Part shown: piece after piece, positions 52,887-61,055 of the stretch
Layout: the number at the start of each line of letters is the position of its first letter
Position numbering within the stretch: the first letter of the stretch is position 1
Source: Spirochaetaceae bacterium
GTDB taxonomy: Bacteria; Spirochaetota; Spirochaetia; DSM-27196; SLAA01
Assembly (NCBI GenBank): GCA_007695055.1
Contig: REEM01000222.1
Location: 1-61,055 of the forward strand
DNA length: 61,055 bases
Direction: 5' to 3'
Made by a program: the position numbers and the translations under genes
The notes under the pieces: generated by a model
Database searches by the model: none
What the model was told of the DNA's origin: nothing
The model's input: only the letters and a program-made list of their open reading frames with translations

Positions 52887-54905
52887 TTACTCGGTTTTTA
52901 GCGACAACTCAATGAGCAGTTGCTCGTCCTCGCCAGGATTCAACTCAAGTGGAATGCGAAAGACAGAACAGCAATGCTGGAATCCCTCAACATAGCCTAC
53001 CACATCCCGTGAAACCGAGTAGACTGGATGGCTCCATAACTCAACCGGGGCGGATAATGCTACGCGCACAACCGCACCGTTGAGCAGATCCCTATATCGT
53101 AATTCTCGGACCTTCTGCACAACCTTTTCTTGCGGCCCAATCTCCTGTTTGCTTCCATCTTCGTGGGCAACATGCACCTCAAGCGCTCGCACAGCATCTG
53201 AGGCAAACGAGAAGTTAGCTTCGCAACCATACATACAACTCAGTGCCTCGGTACCAGTGTTGGAAAAGCGGTACTGCACACGAAGTGTGGCACCCGAAAA
53301 AACGAAACTCTTCTCAAGTCGGATAACCACTCCCGGTCGCAGCTCCTGTTCCGCTACGAATGAGAGAGCATGGTGTTCGCGGTCCAGATCCTGGACACGA
53401 TATAGACTGTGCCCAACATCGCAGTACTCCGGCACATCGCCGCGGAAGAAACGCTCAGGACCGTAGTCTGACTCCCAGAAATGGTCAACAAAAGTCCGCT
53501 TCTCGTAGCTGTCGTAAATAAACTGTCGTTGCTCAGGATCATGGTAGGACTCTTCCTGGCGACTGAGAGTATCAAGGTAGTTCATGGATACCGGCAGATA
53601 ATCGAGCTCGAATAAACGCCCACCGCGTTGATGAAGGTAGGCATTAATGCTCTGGCCTTGAAAGATGTACTCGGCAAGCCCGTCCATGTCAAAGTCCACC
53701 GAGACAATGGATGAGATAAATACGCCCCGCTCACGAGTAACCTTTTCCGCCTCGATCAGCGCCGAGTACACCTGTTTGCGCAACGTGTTGCGGTAGATGC
53801 CGCCGGGAGGCCCATGCCAGTAGGCGCTATGACACTGTCCGCGCCACAGTTCCTCGCGCGCTGCTTGTTTGCGGTACTTGTCTCCTCGGATCTGATTCAC
53901 CAGAATATGGGTATACTGCATTTTCGCATACATGAGGTTGCTTTCTGGATAGCGTGCAAGAAACTGCCGGAAAAAGCCACCAAAAAGATAGCCGTTACGG
54001 CCAATCCCATCTGCAACACTCTCGCTGAGACCCCGAAACCCCTTTTGCTTTGCTGCAGGCAGCGCCCACAACATCATGTCCTCATATGAAGTCGAGGGAA
54101 AATACGCACGCGTTCGCGGTTGGTCGTTCTTCAGATAGCGCCACGGATGTATGGGTTCAAGCCAGTCCCGATTCTTCTTCACCAGGTTCAGGAATCTTGA
54201 AAGCCACTCCTCTTCATAGGCAATCCGATAACTGTCCGCTGTACCACCTAGTCGCTCACCCTCATCAAGAATGACCACGACCTTGTTCTCATCTTCACAG
54301 GCAAGATCCCTCAGGTGCTCGATCATATCTTCCGGGGAGTCCGTCAACAGTTTCCAACGTGATGTCTTGCAGATAGGAAACACAACGACAGTCTTACCTT
54401 GATCCTCGGTGATACAGGGCCGATACAGGTCATCTCCCGAGAGGCCCGCCGTAATGAAGTGATAGTCGGCCAGAAATGTATACTCCATACCACTATTGCG
54501 CAGTGCCGAAGGCAACGAGGGCTCCCACACAAGTTCAGTTAGCCACGCGCCGCGTGGCCGCCGACCAAACTGTTTGCGGAGAAAGGTAGTCATGCGTTCA
54601 ATTTGCCCAAGTCGGTCGGTGTGGGGAATGAGAGGGAGTACCGGGTCGTAAAACCCGCCGCCAAGAAACTCCAACTGCTTGCGCGAGGCCATCTCCGAGA
54701 GTACGTCTATGAACTCCGAATGGTGCTTCTCCAACCACTGAAACAACGAACCCGAGTAGTGAAGCGTTATGGGTATCTCAGGATGGTTGTAGAGGGTCCT
54801 CACAAAAGGCTTGTAGGCCCGCTGATAAATGCTCTCAAAGCTTTCATCATCGCTACCGAGCGGTTGCGTATTGCTGGTTCCAAATACAAGTTTTAAACTC
54901 TGCAT
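52887..54905 (-). CDS. GH57 family 4-alpha-glucanotransferase/alpha-amylase-like protein
   Basis: TLHYSGSLFQWL, EFLGGGFYDPVLPLIP, PRGAWLTELVWEP, TSYEDMMLWAL, YPESNLMYAKM, GQCHSAYWHG..GGIY, DFDMDG, C-terminal beta-domain. Start ATG 54905. Confidence 0.88.
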   Translation of the reverse strand: MQSLKLVFGTSNTQPLGSDDESFESIYQRAYKPFVRTLYNHPEIPITLHYSGSLFQWLEKHHSEFIDVLSEMASRKQLEFLGGGFYDPVLPLIPHTDRLGQIERMTTFLRKQFGRRPRGAWLTELVWEPSLPSALRNSGMEYTFLADYHFITAGLSGDDLYRPCITEDQGKTVVVFPICKTSRWKLLTDSPEDMIEHLRDLACEDENKVVVILDEGERLGGTADSYRIAYEEEWLSRFLNLVKKNRDWLEPIHPWRYLKNDQPRTRAYFPSTSYEDMMLWALPAAKQKGFRGLSESVADGIGRNGYLFGGFFRQFLARYPESNLMYAKMQYTHILVNQIRGDKYRKQAAREELWRGQCHSAYWHGPPGGIYRNTLRKQVYSALIEAEKVTRERGVFISSIVSVDFDMDGLAEYIFQGQSINAYLHQRGGRLFELDYLPVSMNYLDTLSRQEESYHDPEQRQFIYDSYEKRTFVDHFWESDYGPERFFRGDVPEYCDVGHSLYRVQDLDREHHALSFVAEQELRPGVVIRLEKSFVFSGATLRVQYRFSNTGTEALSCMYGCEANFSFASDAVRALEVHVAHEDGSKQEIGPQEKVVQKVRELRYRDLLNGAVVRVALSAPVELWSHPVYSVSRDVVGYVEGFQHCCSVFRIPLELNPGEDEQLLIELSLKTE

Positions 54906-54929
54906 ACTCATCTCGCTCAGAAAACTCAA

Positions 54930-54975
54930 GGGGCTACATGGGTGTAACCGACTGCGGAAAAGAAAGTGTAGCCCC
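54930..54975. other. Inverted repeat (9-bp arms, 28-nt loop) between rnfA and the GH57 gene; possible attenuator/terminator
   Basis: GGGGCTACA (54930-54938) / TGTAGCCCC (54967-54975); followed on the minus strand by TTGAGTTTTC. Confidence 0.35.
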
Positions 54976-55007
54976 CGGCACGGCCTTTGTAAAGCTACCG
55001 AATGCCG

Positions 55008-55595
55008 CTAAAACAATGCAGACAGAAAAAAACTATCAAAAGCATGAAAGGCCATGGCCATAAGACCGGCGCTAATAATAACTATAGGGGTGCCACGAAA
55101 GGCCGGGTGAATCCATTCAGACTCCATATGTTCACGTATCGCCGAAAGCAAGACCAATACAAGCATTACCCCGAAACCAGCCCCTATTCCTGCAGCCATC
55201 ACCTCGCCAATGCCAAGGTCAATGTCTATCACGATCAGGGATAAACCAAACACAGCGCAGTTCGCTGCAAAGAGCGGCAGATACTCGTTCATAAGCGCTG
55301 CAAATGCTCCACCTATTCGTTCGGCACCAAGCGCAAAGCCCTGTACAATTCCTGCAATCAGCAACAGCAGTACAAAGGTGCGGATCATTGTGAGTCCCAA
55401 GGGTTGTAGCACCAGCGAATCCAGAAACCACGCTATCATTGCGGTCAACACCAAAACGAAGCTGAGGACTGCCCCAAAGCTCAAGGAGGAGCGCAAGTCA
55501 CGCGAGTACTCAAGTGCCGGACACATTCCGACAAAGTAGTACAACACGAGGTTATTAACCAGAAGAAACTGAAAAACAAGTCCCACAGCACTCAT
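55008..55595 (-). CDS. rnfA: RnfA/NqrE family membrane subunit
   Basis: NNLVLYYFVGMCPAL, YLPLFAANCAVFG, GAGFG...IREH, FRGTPIVIISAGLMAMAF; both conserved Cys retained. Confidence 0.88.
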   Translation of the reverse strand: MSAVGLVFQFLLVNNLVLYYFVGMCPALEYSRDLRSSLSFGAVLSFVLVLTAMIAWFLDSLVLQPLGLTMIRTFVLLLLIAGIVQGFALGAERIGGAFAALMNEYLPLFAANCAVFGLSLIVIDIDLGIGEVMAAGIGAGFGVMLVLVLLSAIREHMESEWIHPAFRGTPIVIISAGLMAMAFHAFDSFFLSALF

Positions 55596-56209
55596 AGACC
55601 TGTTTCCTCCGACTCGCTGTGCAGACGTAGATAGGCTACCAAAGCTCGGATATAGCCAAGGACCAACAATGCACCGGCCGCCGAACCAAATATCCGCACC
55701 GGAGCCTGTGATAGTACGAGTACCTGTACCGAGGCCTGACCCCAGCTCAATCCGCCGGTGCCAAAAATCTCACGAATACCGGCAATGAGGCTCAAAGCGA
55801 CGAGAAAGGACAGTCCGGTATACGCGGCCGATAGAGTAGCCTCGCCCGGCCCTTTGCCCGCCTGTGCACCGCCCATAAGCCGCAGCACCAGGCAGTTAAC
55901 CGCAATAAGGGGAACAAAGACACCGAGTCGCATGCGCATTTCTGGATAGACAAGCTCCAGCAGGACCTCCACCACGGTAGTGAGCGCGGCTATGACTGCC
56001 AGCGATGTCAAAAACCCCGCCCGCCCAGAGAGATGCGGTTCAACAATACCCAACAACGGTGCTGCTGCCACAAGCACGAACAATGTGCACAGTCCAAGAA
56101 TCATACTCTGAGACAGATGTGTTGTCACAAACAAGGCCGGGCAGAGACCAACAAGCCCAACAAAGACTGGATTTTCGCGTAAAGGTGTATCCACTGAAGC
56201 ACTATCCAT
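55592..56209 (-). CDS. rnfE: RnfE/NqrD family membrane subunit
   Basis: Start ATG 56209. ENPVFVGLVGLCPALFVTT, LGVFVPLIAVNCLVL, IREIFGTG; both conserved Cys retained. Confidence 0.86.
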   Translation of the reverse strand: MDSASVDTPLRENPVFVGLVGLCPALFVTTHLSQSMILGLCTLFVLVAAAPLLGIVEPHLSGRAGFLTSLAVIAALTTVVEVLLELVYPEMRMRLGVFVPLIAVNCLVLRLMGGAQAGKGPGEATLSAAYTGLSFLVALSLIAGIREIFGTGGLSWGQASVQVLVLSQAPVRIFGSAAGALLVLGYIRALVAYLRLHSESEETGL

Positions 56210-57299
56210 GCATTTCCCCTTGAGCTCGCCGCATGCCAAAAATTCGGGGTGCCGTTAGCCGGTTGATTAACGGCACACACACGTTCATGACAAGCAGTGC
56301 CGTAGCACAGCCACCAGTATCCATCCCAAAATGGCGGAAAAGATACCCCAACACCCCAGCCCCAACGCCGTAAACCCACATACCAAAACCGGTGTTGGGT
56401 GAGGATGCTGGATCCGTTGCGAAATAGAACGCCGTGAAGAGAAAACCGCCAGACAGAATTGCAAACAACACATCGCCCTCGAAAAGCCCGAGGCCGTACG
56501 GAATCCCTCCAAAGGCACGAGCCATGAAGGCAAATGCGACAAAGAAAGATGTAGGAATCTGCCATGCCGCGGTACCGGAGGCAAGGAGGTATACACTTCC
56601 AAGCAACAGAAGCACCGCCGAGACCTCACCAATTGCACCAAGGGTATTGCCGAAGAACAAGTCCAAATACCCATGCGGAAGATCTACCCCAATGCGAGAG
56701 AAGACCTGCTGATTTACGAAGTCGGTAAACTCTATGTCCAGAGCAGATGTCGGATATCCGGATGCCCGCAATGCTCCAATAGGTCCGGTTCCCCCTGAAC
56801 CAGCCTCTACCGTGTCGCGAACAATACTAAGTGGAGTAGCCCCGCTCCAACCTTCGGGAAAGCCGGCGGGTGCGGTCCAACGGGACAGCTCCTCCGGCCA
56901 ACTAATCTGTGCGAACACGCGTGCCCCAAGTGCCGGATTCATCCAGTTACTGCCAAGGCCACCAAAGGTCATTTTGATAACGGCAATTGCAAATACAGCC
57001 GCCAGAAAGGGAATAAATACCGGAACACCCGGAGGCATAGAGAGCCCCAGCAGAAGACCCGTGAGAACCGCACTACCGTCCTGCAGCGTGGTTCGCTCCT
57101 TATGGACAGTCAGCGCAAACTCGGTAAGACATGCCCCAACGACGGCTGATAGAACAGGGAAGAGCGCCCCAAGACCAAAAAGAAAGAGTCCCCAGAGGAC
57201 TACCGGAAGCAGGCAGATCGAGACACTCCACATCATGCCGTGCGTGGTTAATGCAGAGAAATACAGTGGCCCCTTGCTCGGCATAGCGGTGGAGCTCAT
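56202..57299 (-). CDS. rnfD: RnfD/NqrB family membrane subunit
   Basis: DGSAVLTGLLLGLSMPP, FGGLGSNWMNPAL, SGATPL (covalent-FMN Thr motif), GAIGEVS, GGFLFTAFYFATDPASSP. Confidence 0.9.
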   Translation of the reverse strand: MSSTAMPSKGPLYFSALTTHGMMWSVSICLLPVVLWGLFLFGLGALFPVLSAVVGACLTEFALTVHKERTTLQDGSAVLTGLLLGLSMPPGVPVFIPFLAAVFAIAVIKMTFGGLGSNWMNPALGARVFAQISWPEELSRWTAPAGFPEGWSGATPLSIVRDTVEAGSGGTGPIGALRASGYPTSALDIEFTDFVNQQVFSRIGVDLPHGYLDLFFGNTLGAIGEVSAVLLLLGSVYLLASGTAAWQIPTSFFVAFAFMARAFGGIPYGLGLFEGDVLFAILSGGFLFTAFYFATDPASSPNTGFGMWVYGVGAGVLGYLFRHFGMDTGGCATALLVMNVCVPLINRLTAPRIFGMRRAQGEMHG

Positions 57300-58654
57300 A
57301 TCTGGTTCCCGAACTGCGTATTCTGAAGCTCGGCCCTGTAGTCCAGAAGATGCTCAGACTTAGCCTCCGCAATGCGCTGCATGAGAGGTATTCGGGAAGG
57401 ACAGACATGAGAGCAACAGCCACATTCAGTACAGGCATTAAGCCCCTTAGCTTCGGCCTTTGTTTGCCAACCATGTTCAATGAGCTTATAGAGACGTTGC
57501 GGCTCGAGCCCCATGGGACAGGCTCGTACACAGCGACCGCAACTAATGCAGCTACGACGCTCAGCAGCACGGATCTCGGACTGCGTGAGTGCCAGAATTC
57601 CCCTTGTTGTCTTGGTGACAGGAGTTTCGAGGTCGGTCACCTCGAACCCGGTCAGAGGATCTCCAGACACAATTCGCACCGCCGAGGCAACTAGACCGCC
57701 GCACTCCTCTATGACCTCGCGGAAGGTGGTACCAAGACGCACCTTAACATTCCCCGGCCGGGCAATACCGCCGCCAGCAACCGTCACAACACGCTCAACA
57801 CACGGTTTACCAAACAACACGGCTTCTGCCGTCGCATATGCGGTTGCAGCACCAAGCACGAAACAGGAAACCTCTCGCTCATCCTTACCATACGGAATCT
57901 CTTTACGCTGTACCGACCTGAGCAATTGAGGCACCGCAGCCTGAGGGTATTTTGTTCCAACTTCAAGGATACGGGCGAGAGACTCACGCTCACTCAGTTC
58001 GCGCCGCAACCTGCGGACAGCCTCTTTCTTGTCCGCACCGATAGCAAAGACCACGTCCTCGACATGCAGGAGATGGGCAATGATCTCTGCGCCGGTCACG
58101 AGTTCCGCGCAGTGCTCCCGTAGAAGTCTATCTTCAGAACTGAGGTAAGGGCCGGACTCAGCACCGTTTACGACAACACGGCTGACTCCTGCTCGGCGCG
58201 CGTACTGGAGGCTGCGATGCAGTGGATGCGGATTCCCACTTAACTCCACAACACCGAGATCACGAAGCAGAGTAACCACGTCTTTGCGTGGCATGCTCCG
58301 CCAATCACGCGCATCAAGATCCTTTCCCAGCTTGGAAAAGGCGCCCGAAAGCTCAATGACTACTGCTTCACACTCGCCGCACTCCGGGCTCCAGATTGTG
58401 CGAATTCTCCTCACAATGCCGGGGACGGGTGCATGAACGTGAGCACCATCAGCAGGCGCCCGTCCAATGAGCATTCCCTCGGTAACCCGACTGCCTGGTT
58501 CAACTAACCGTTCACAGCTGGGACCCAGATGCTGTCGTAAAGGCACAATACAGATAGGCGGAATTGCGGAGTTCCAAATTGCTCCGTCCCGCGTGAGATC
58601 TTTATCGTCATGTGGATGGATACCACCCTTAGGGAAGCTTCGGACTATGGTCAT
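57296..58654 (-). CDS. rnfC: RnfC-like iron-sulfur protein with degenerate flavin/NAD-binding motifs
   Basis: GGIHP, PLRQHLG, HAPVPG, NGAES.PYL, KYPQ, ERVVTV, CISCGRCVRACP and CTECGCCSHVCP (2x[4Fe-4S]). Confidence 0.88.
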   Translation of the reverse strand: MTIVRSFPKGGIHPHDDKDLTRDGAIWNSAIPPICIVPLRQHLGPSCERLVEPGSRVTEGMLIGRAPADGAHVHAPVPGIVRRIRTIWSPECGECEAVVIELSGAFSKLGKDLDARDWRSMPRKDVVTLLRDLGVVELSGNPHPLHRSLQYARRAGVSRVVVNGAESGPYLSSEDRLLREHCAELVTGAEIIAHLLHVEDVVFAIGADKKEAVRRLRRELSERESLARILEVGTKYPQAAVPQLLRSVQRKEIPYGKDEREVSCFVLGAATAYATAEAVLFGKPCVERVVTVAGGGIARPGNVKVRLGTTFREVIEECGGLVASAVRIVSGDPLTGFEVTDLETPVTKTTRGILALTQSEIRAAERRSCISCGRCVRACPMGLEPQRLYKLIEHGWQTKAEAKGLNACTECGCCSHVCPSRIPLMQRIAEAKSEHLLDYRAELQNTQFGNQI

Positions 58655-60216
58655 ACTACTTCGATGTTCCTTCGTTTATAGAACAATTGGGTGACTCGGT
58701 CACCTTTGTCGATTGTCGGGAATACTGTCCTTATACGTACCAACACGGGCACGAGCAAGAGCAACACAGCCGGAATAACGCTACGAATGAGTTCCGACCG
58801 GGCCCAGTATACGTGTCGAACCGGGCGGTACTCAACCCCGTTTGGTAAACCTGCCGCCAGCAACATCGACTCTATACCCAAATGCTCATTCTCACCTATC
58901 GCTTCCAGCTCACCAGCGATCCAATCCTCGTCAAAACTGAAAGCCACCCGGTCACGCCGCTCAATTCGCCCGTTATTGCGCTCAAACTCCGGAATACTGA
59001 GATCTTCACCTCTTTCCGGGAGCCTGAACTCCCACCCGTACATAAAGGCCTCTTGGAATGCCCGATGTGCAAGATAGTCCTCGATCGTGGGGAGCTGCGT
59101 CTCGTTCACCGAGTTGAGAACCATATCACTTCGTTCAGCTGTGTTCACCGGTTGCGGCAAGGCTGGAATACTCATCTCATTTTCGGAGCTCGCTACGGGA
59201 ACAAGCAGCAAGACCAGCAGGGCCCCCAAGGGAGCCAAATAGAGATCCCCCGGAAGTCTGTGCGGCCGGAGCCGTTCGGGCAGAATGGCTATGGGTTCAA
59301 ACACGCCGTGCTCGCGCATAGCTCTACGGCGGTGCTCAACCGCTATCCCTGCCGTAGCTGCGGCACCGATACCCGCCAAAGTCAGGAGCAGGCTGAGGAG
59401 AGCCCGCGGTGAGTACCACAGAACCATTCCCAACGCCACAATCCCTGCCAATGCCAGATATATAACCAGGAATCGAAACTGAGCCCGGAATCGTGCTGCG
59501 GAACTGAACGTCACCCCTTCACTCGCGCCAACGCCAAAGGCAGCCATAATACCCGGATAGGATATCACCCACGACAGGTATACCAACATCCCAGCCGCTG
59601 CACCAAAGGGATCTCCAGTACCTAGTGTTGCCAGAATGAGCAGCAGTCCAGCGCTAAGTACAAAGGCAGCGCGACGTCGCGACCAGATGGTTGATCCGAG
59701 TACCGCACAAAAGACCAAGATAGGTAACAGCATGCTGTCAGGGACGCTTGTGTCAGCGTTCAGGAGTGGAACTCCCCTCTCCTGTAGCGTGGGGCCAATG
59801 CGTTCCATGAGCGTCGCGGCATCACCTGGAATGTAGATTACGTGGTAAGACTCACCTTCTTGCTGAACCTGGAAGTAGTTCGACACACTCTGCATGTAAG
59901 GATCAAGTCGAGGGTCCCTTTGGTCAAATCGGGACTCAAGATCCGAAAGTTTTACAGTTGAAAGGGGACCGAAATCATTGTACCAAAAGCGAGTAGTCTC
60001 CGCACCAATATAGGAATCTACACCGGCCGCGTTCAGGGTAGAACTCAGCTCGGCGAGGTCGTAGGAACCATGCACTACGAAGGTAGCAAACCCTGGCCAG
60101 ATGCTGTCGCCCAGCCCGGCAGGGCTGAGAGTTCGTGTCCCAGCCAGTGCGAGCGAGAAGACCAAAATGGCCAGGATAAGGAGTTGCTGAGGGCCCCGGC
60201 TTTCTACGTTTTTCAT
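58651..60216 (-). CDS. Hypothetical polytopic membrane protein translationally coupled to rnfC
   Basis: 521 aa: N-terminal TM, ~130-aa soluble domain, central cluster of about 5-6 hydrophobic helices, second soluble domain, C-terminal TM; ATGA overlap with rnfC at 58651-58654. Confidence 0.72.
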   Translation of the reverse strand: MKNVESRGPQQLLILAILVFSLALAGTRTLSPAGLGDSIWPGFATFVVHGSYDLAELSSTLNAAGVDSYIGAETTRFWYNDFGPLSTVKLSDLESRFDQRDPRLDPYMQSVSNYFQVQQEGESYHVIYIPGDAATLMERIGPTLQERGVPLLNADTSVPDSMLLPILVFCAVLGSTIWSRRRAAFVLSAGLLLILATLGTGDPFGAAAGMLVYLSWVISYPGIMAAFGVGASEGVTFSSAARFRAQFRFLVIYLALAGIVALGMVLWYSPRALLSLLLTLAGIGAAATAGIAVEHRRRAMREHGVFEPIAILPERLRPHRLPGDLYLAPLGALLVLLLVPVASSENEMSIPALPQPVNTAERSDMVLNSVNETQLPTIEDYLAHRAFQEAFMYGWEFRLPERGEDLSIPEFERNNGRIERRDRVAFSFDEDWIAGELEAIGENEHLGIESMLLAAGLPNGVEYRPVRHVYWARSELIRSVIPAVLLLLVPVLVRIRTVFPTIDKGDRVTQLFYKRRNIEVV

Positions 60217-60260
60217 AAGCTGTTGATATCCGAAGCCGCATCGGACGTCTCGCGGCAGAA

Positions 60261-60740
60261 TTAGAGAATACTGAACGCAACCGCGATGAAGAACCCAAGG
60301 AGCATCCCTACCGAAACCTCGGCAACGGTATGCCCATTAACCTCACGCACCGGACTAAACTCAATTCCATAGCGCCTGTTTAGCTCAATTCCTAGCCGGT
60401 TGAGACTCTGCGCCTGAACTCCGGCGGCACGCCGAACGCCAAGCGCATCCCGAATTACCAGTAAACTGAAAACCAGAGAGATGCTGAAGAGTGGGTCACC
60501 CACTCCGTACTCAAAGCCAACCGCTGTCGCCATGGCGGTCACGGTTGATGAATGACTAGACGGCATTCCGCCCGTCTTCCAGAACAGGGTTACCATGAGA
60601 TCACGAGAGTTCCGCGAACGTTGCTTAACGGCCTCGATCAGAGCCTTTAGGATCTGCGCAACGAACCAGCTGAAGAACGCCGACGAAAACAGCGGGCTTC
60701 TAAAGAGTTCGTACAAGTAGTCAACAGCGGGCGGTCGCAT
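60261..60740 (-). CDS. Divergent PAP2 family protein (DUF212)
   Basis: AQILKAL, KTGGMPSSHSSTV, VIRDALGVRRAAGVQA, GHTVAEVSVGMLLG. Confidence 0.9.
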   Translation of the reverse strand: MRPPAVDYLYELFRSPLFSSAFFSWFVAQILKALIEAVKQRSRNSRDLMVTLFWKTGGMPSSHSSTVTAMATAVGFEYGVGDPLFSISLVFSLLVIRDALGVRRAAGVQAQSLNRLGIELNRRYGIEFSPVREVNGHTVAEVSVGMLLGFFIAVAFSIL

Positions 60741-60899
60741 GGTGTTGTAGTTTGTCTTTGCCCTCGTGCTTTGTCAAGTAGAGTTGTCGGCCGGTTGTCG
60801 GCATCGAACATGGCGCCAACCGTTGAGCCAAGCTCGGGGCCACCCCAGCGCCAACCGAGACAGCTTGACCTCGCCGCGCAGCGGCCGTAGAGTGAGCGA

Positions 60900-61055
60900 A
60901 TGCCACAATCGTATGAACTTGGAGCTGACGATGACGGGCGGCGCCTTGACCGCATCCTCCGAAAACTCCTCAATGATCACTCGCTTGGCGACATCCATGC
61001 ACTGTTTCGTAAACGACGGGTGAAGCTAAACGGCAAACGGGTTGCGGCGAAGGAC
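60900..61055 (+). CDS. RluA/RluC family pseudouridine synthase, N-terminal S4 domain (truncated by window edge)
   Basis: Not in the ORF track. MPQSYELGADDDGRRLDRILRKLLNDHSLGDIHALFRKRRVKLNGKRV is typical of S4 (RLDR.L...RK..V.LNGK). Confidence 0.75.
   Translation, partial: MPQSYELGADDDGRRLDRILRKLLNDHSLGDIHALFRKRRVKLNGKRVAAKD

Noticed and set aside
60647-61023. ORF-track calls 60774-60998 (-), 60766-61023 (+) and 60647-60973 (-)
   Set aside because: The frame starting at ATG 60900 gives a recognisable S4 domain and explains the region.
1-61055. CRISPR array, IS/transposase, integrase, prophage, tRNA, rRNA, defence island
   Set aside because: No spaced direct repeats, terminal inverted repeats or relevant motifs were found by eye, and intergenic gaps are mostly under 200 nt. 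A tRNAscan/Infernal run would be needed to exclude small RNAs.

Overview
This looks like a chromosomal segment of a free-living spirochaete (Spirochaeta/Alkalispirochaeta-like; inferred from gene types and order, not from a search). It is almost fully coding and mostly housekeeping. I found no IS element, prophage, CRISPR array, tRNA or rRNA. Left to right: a GH13 amylosucrase-like gene cut by the left edge and missed by the ORF track, YehWXYZ/OsmF-type ABC importer, aldo-keto reductase, DUF368 + DUF1028, infA, Smr, a Bat/MoxR operon, argJ, a large orphan membrane protein, metY-cysK, minimal mlaEFD, PRC-barrel protein, M16 protease, RND pump + MFP, NodIJ-like ABC-2 exporter, parE-parC, one long minus-strand run prfB (+1 frameshift)-cheY-PEGA-ftsY-hypothetical-lolCDE-mcsA-mcsB-clpC, an FN3/TPR protein, a GH57, an rnf-like operon, DUF212, and an RluA/RluC gene cut by the right edge (also missed by the track). 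The best candidate for an under-described system is the rnf-like operon. It has no rnfG or rnfB, its RnfC keeps both [4Fe-4S] motifs but has changed every FMN/NAD(H) motif I can recognise, and an unknown polytopic membrane gene is translationally coupled in front of rnfC. Two more apparent pseudo-enzymes are present: a McsB lacking arginine-kinase catalytic residues and a GH57 with altered catalytic regions. Smaller signals are several probable leaderless promoters, palindromes and short tandem duplications. All family assignments come from remembered motifs, with no database search, and some of these oddities may be known spirochaete-wide traits.
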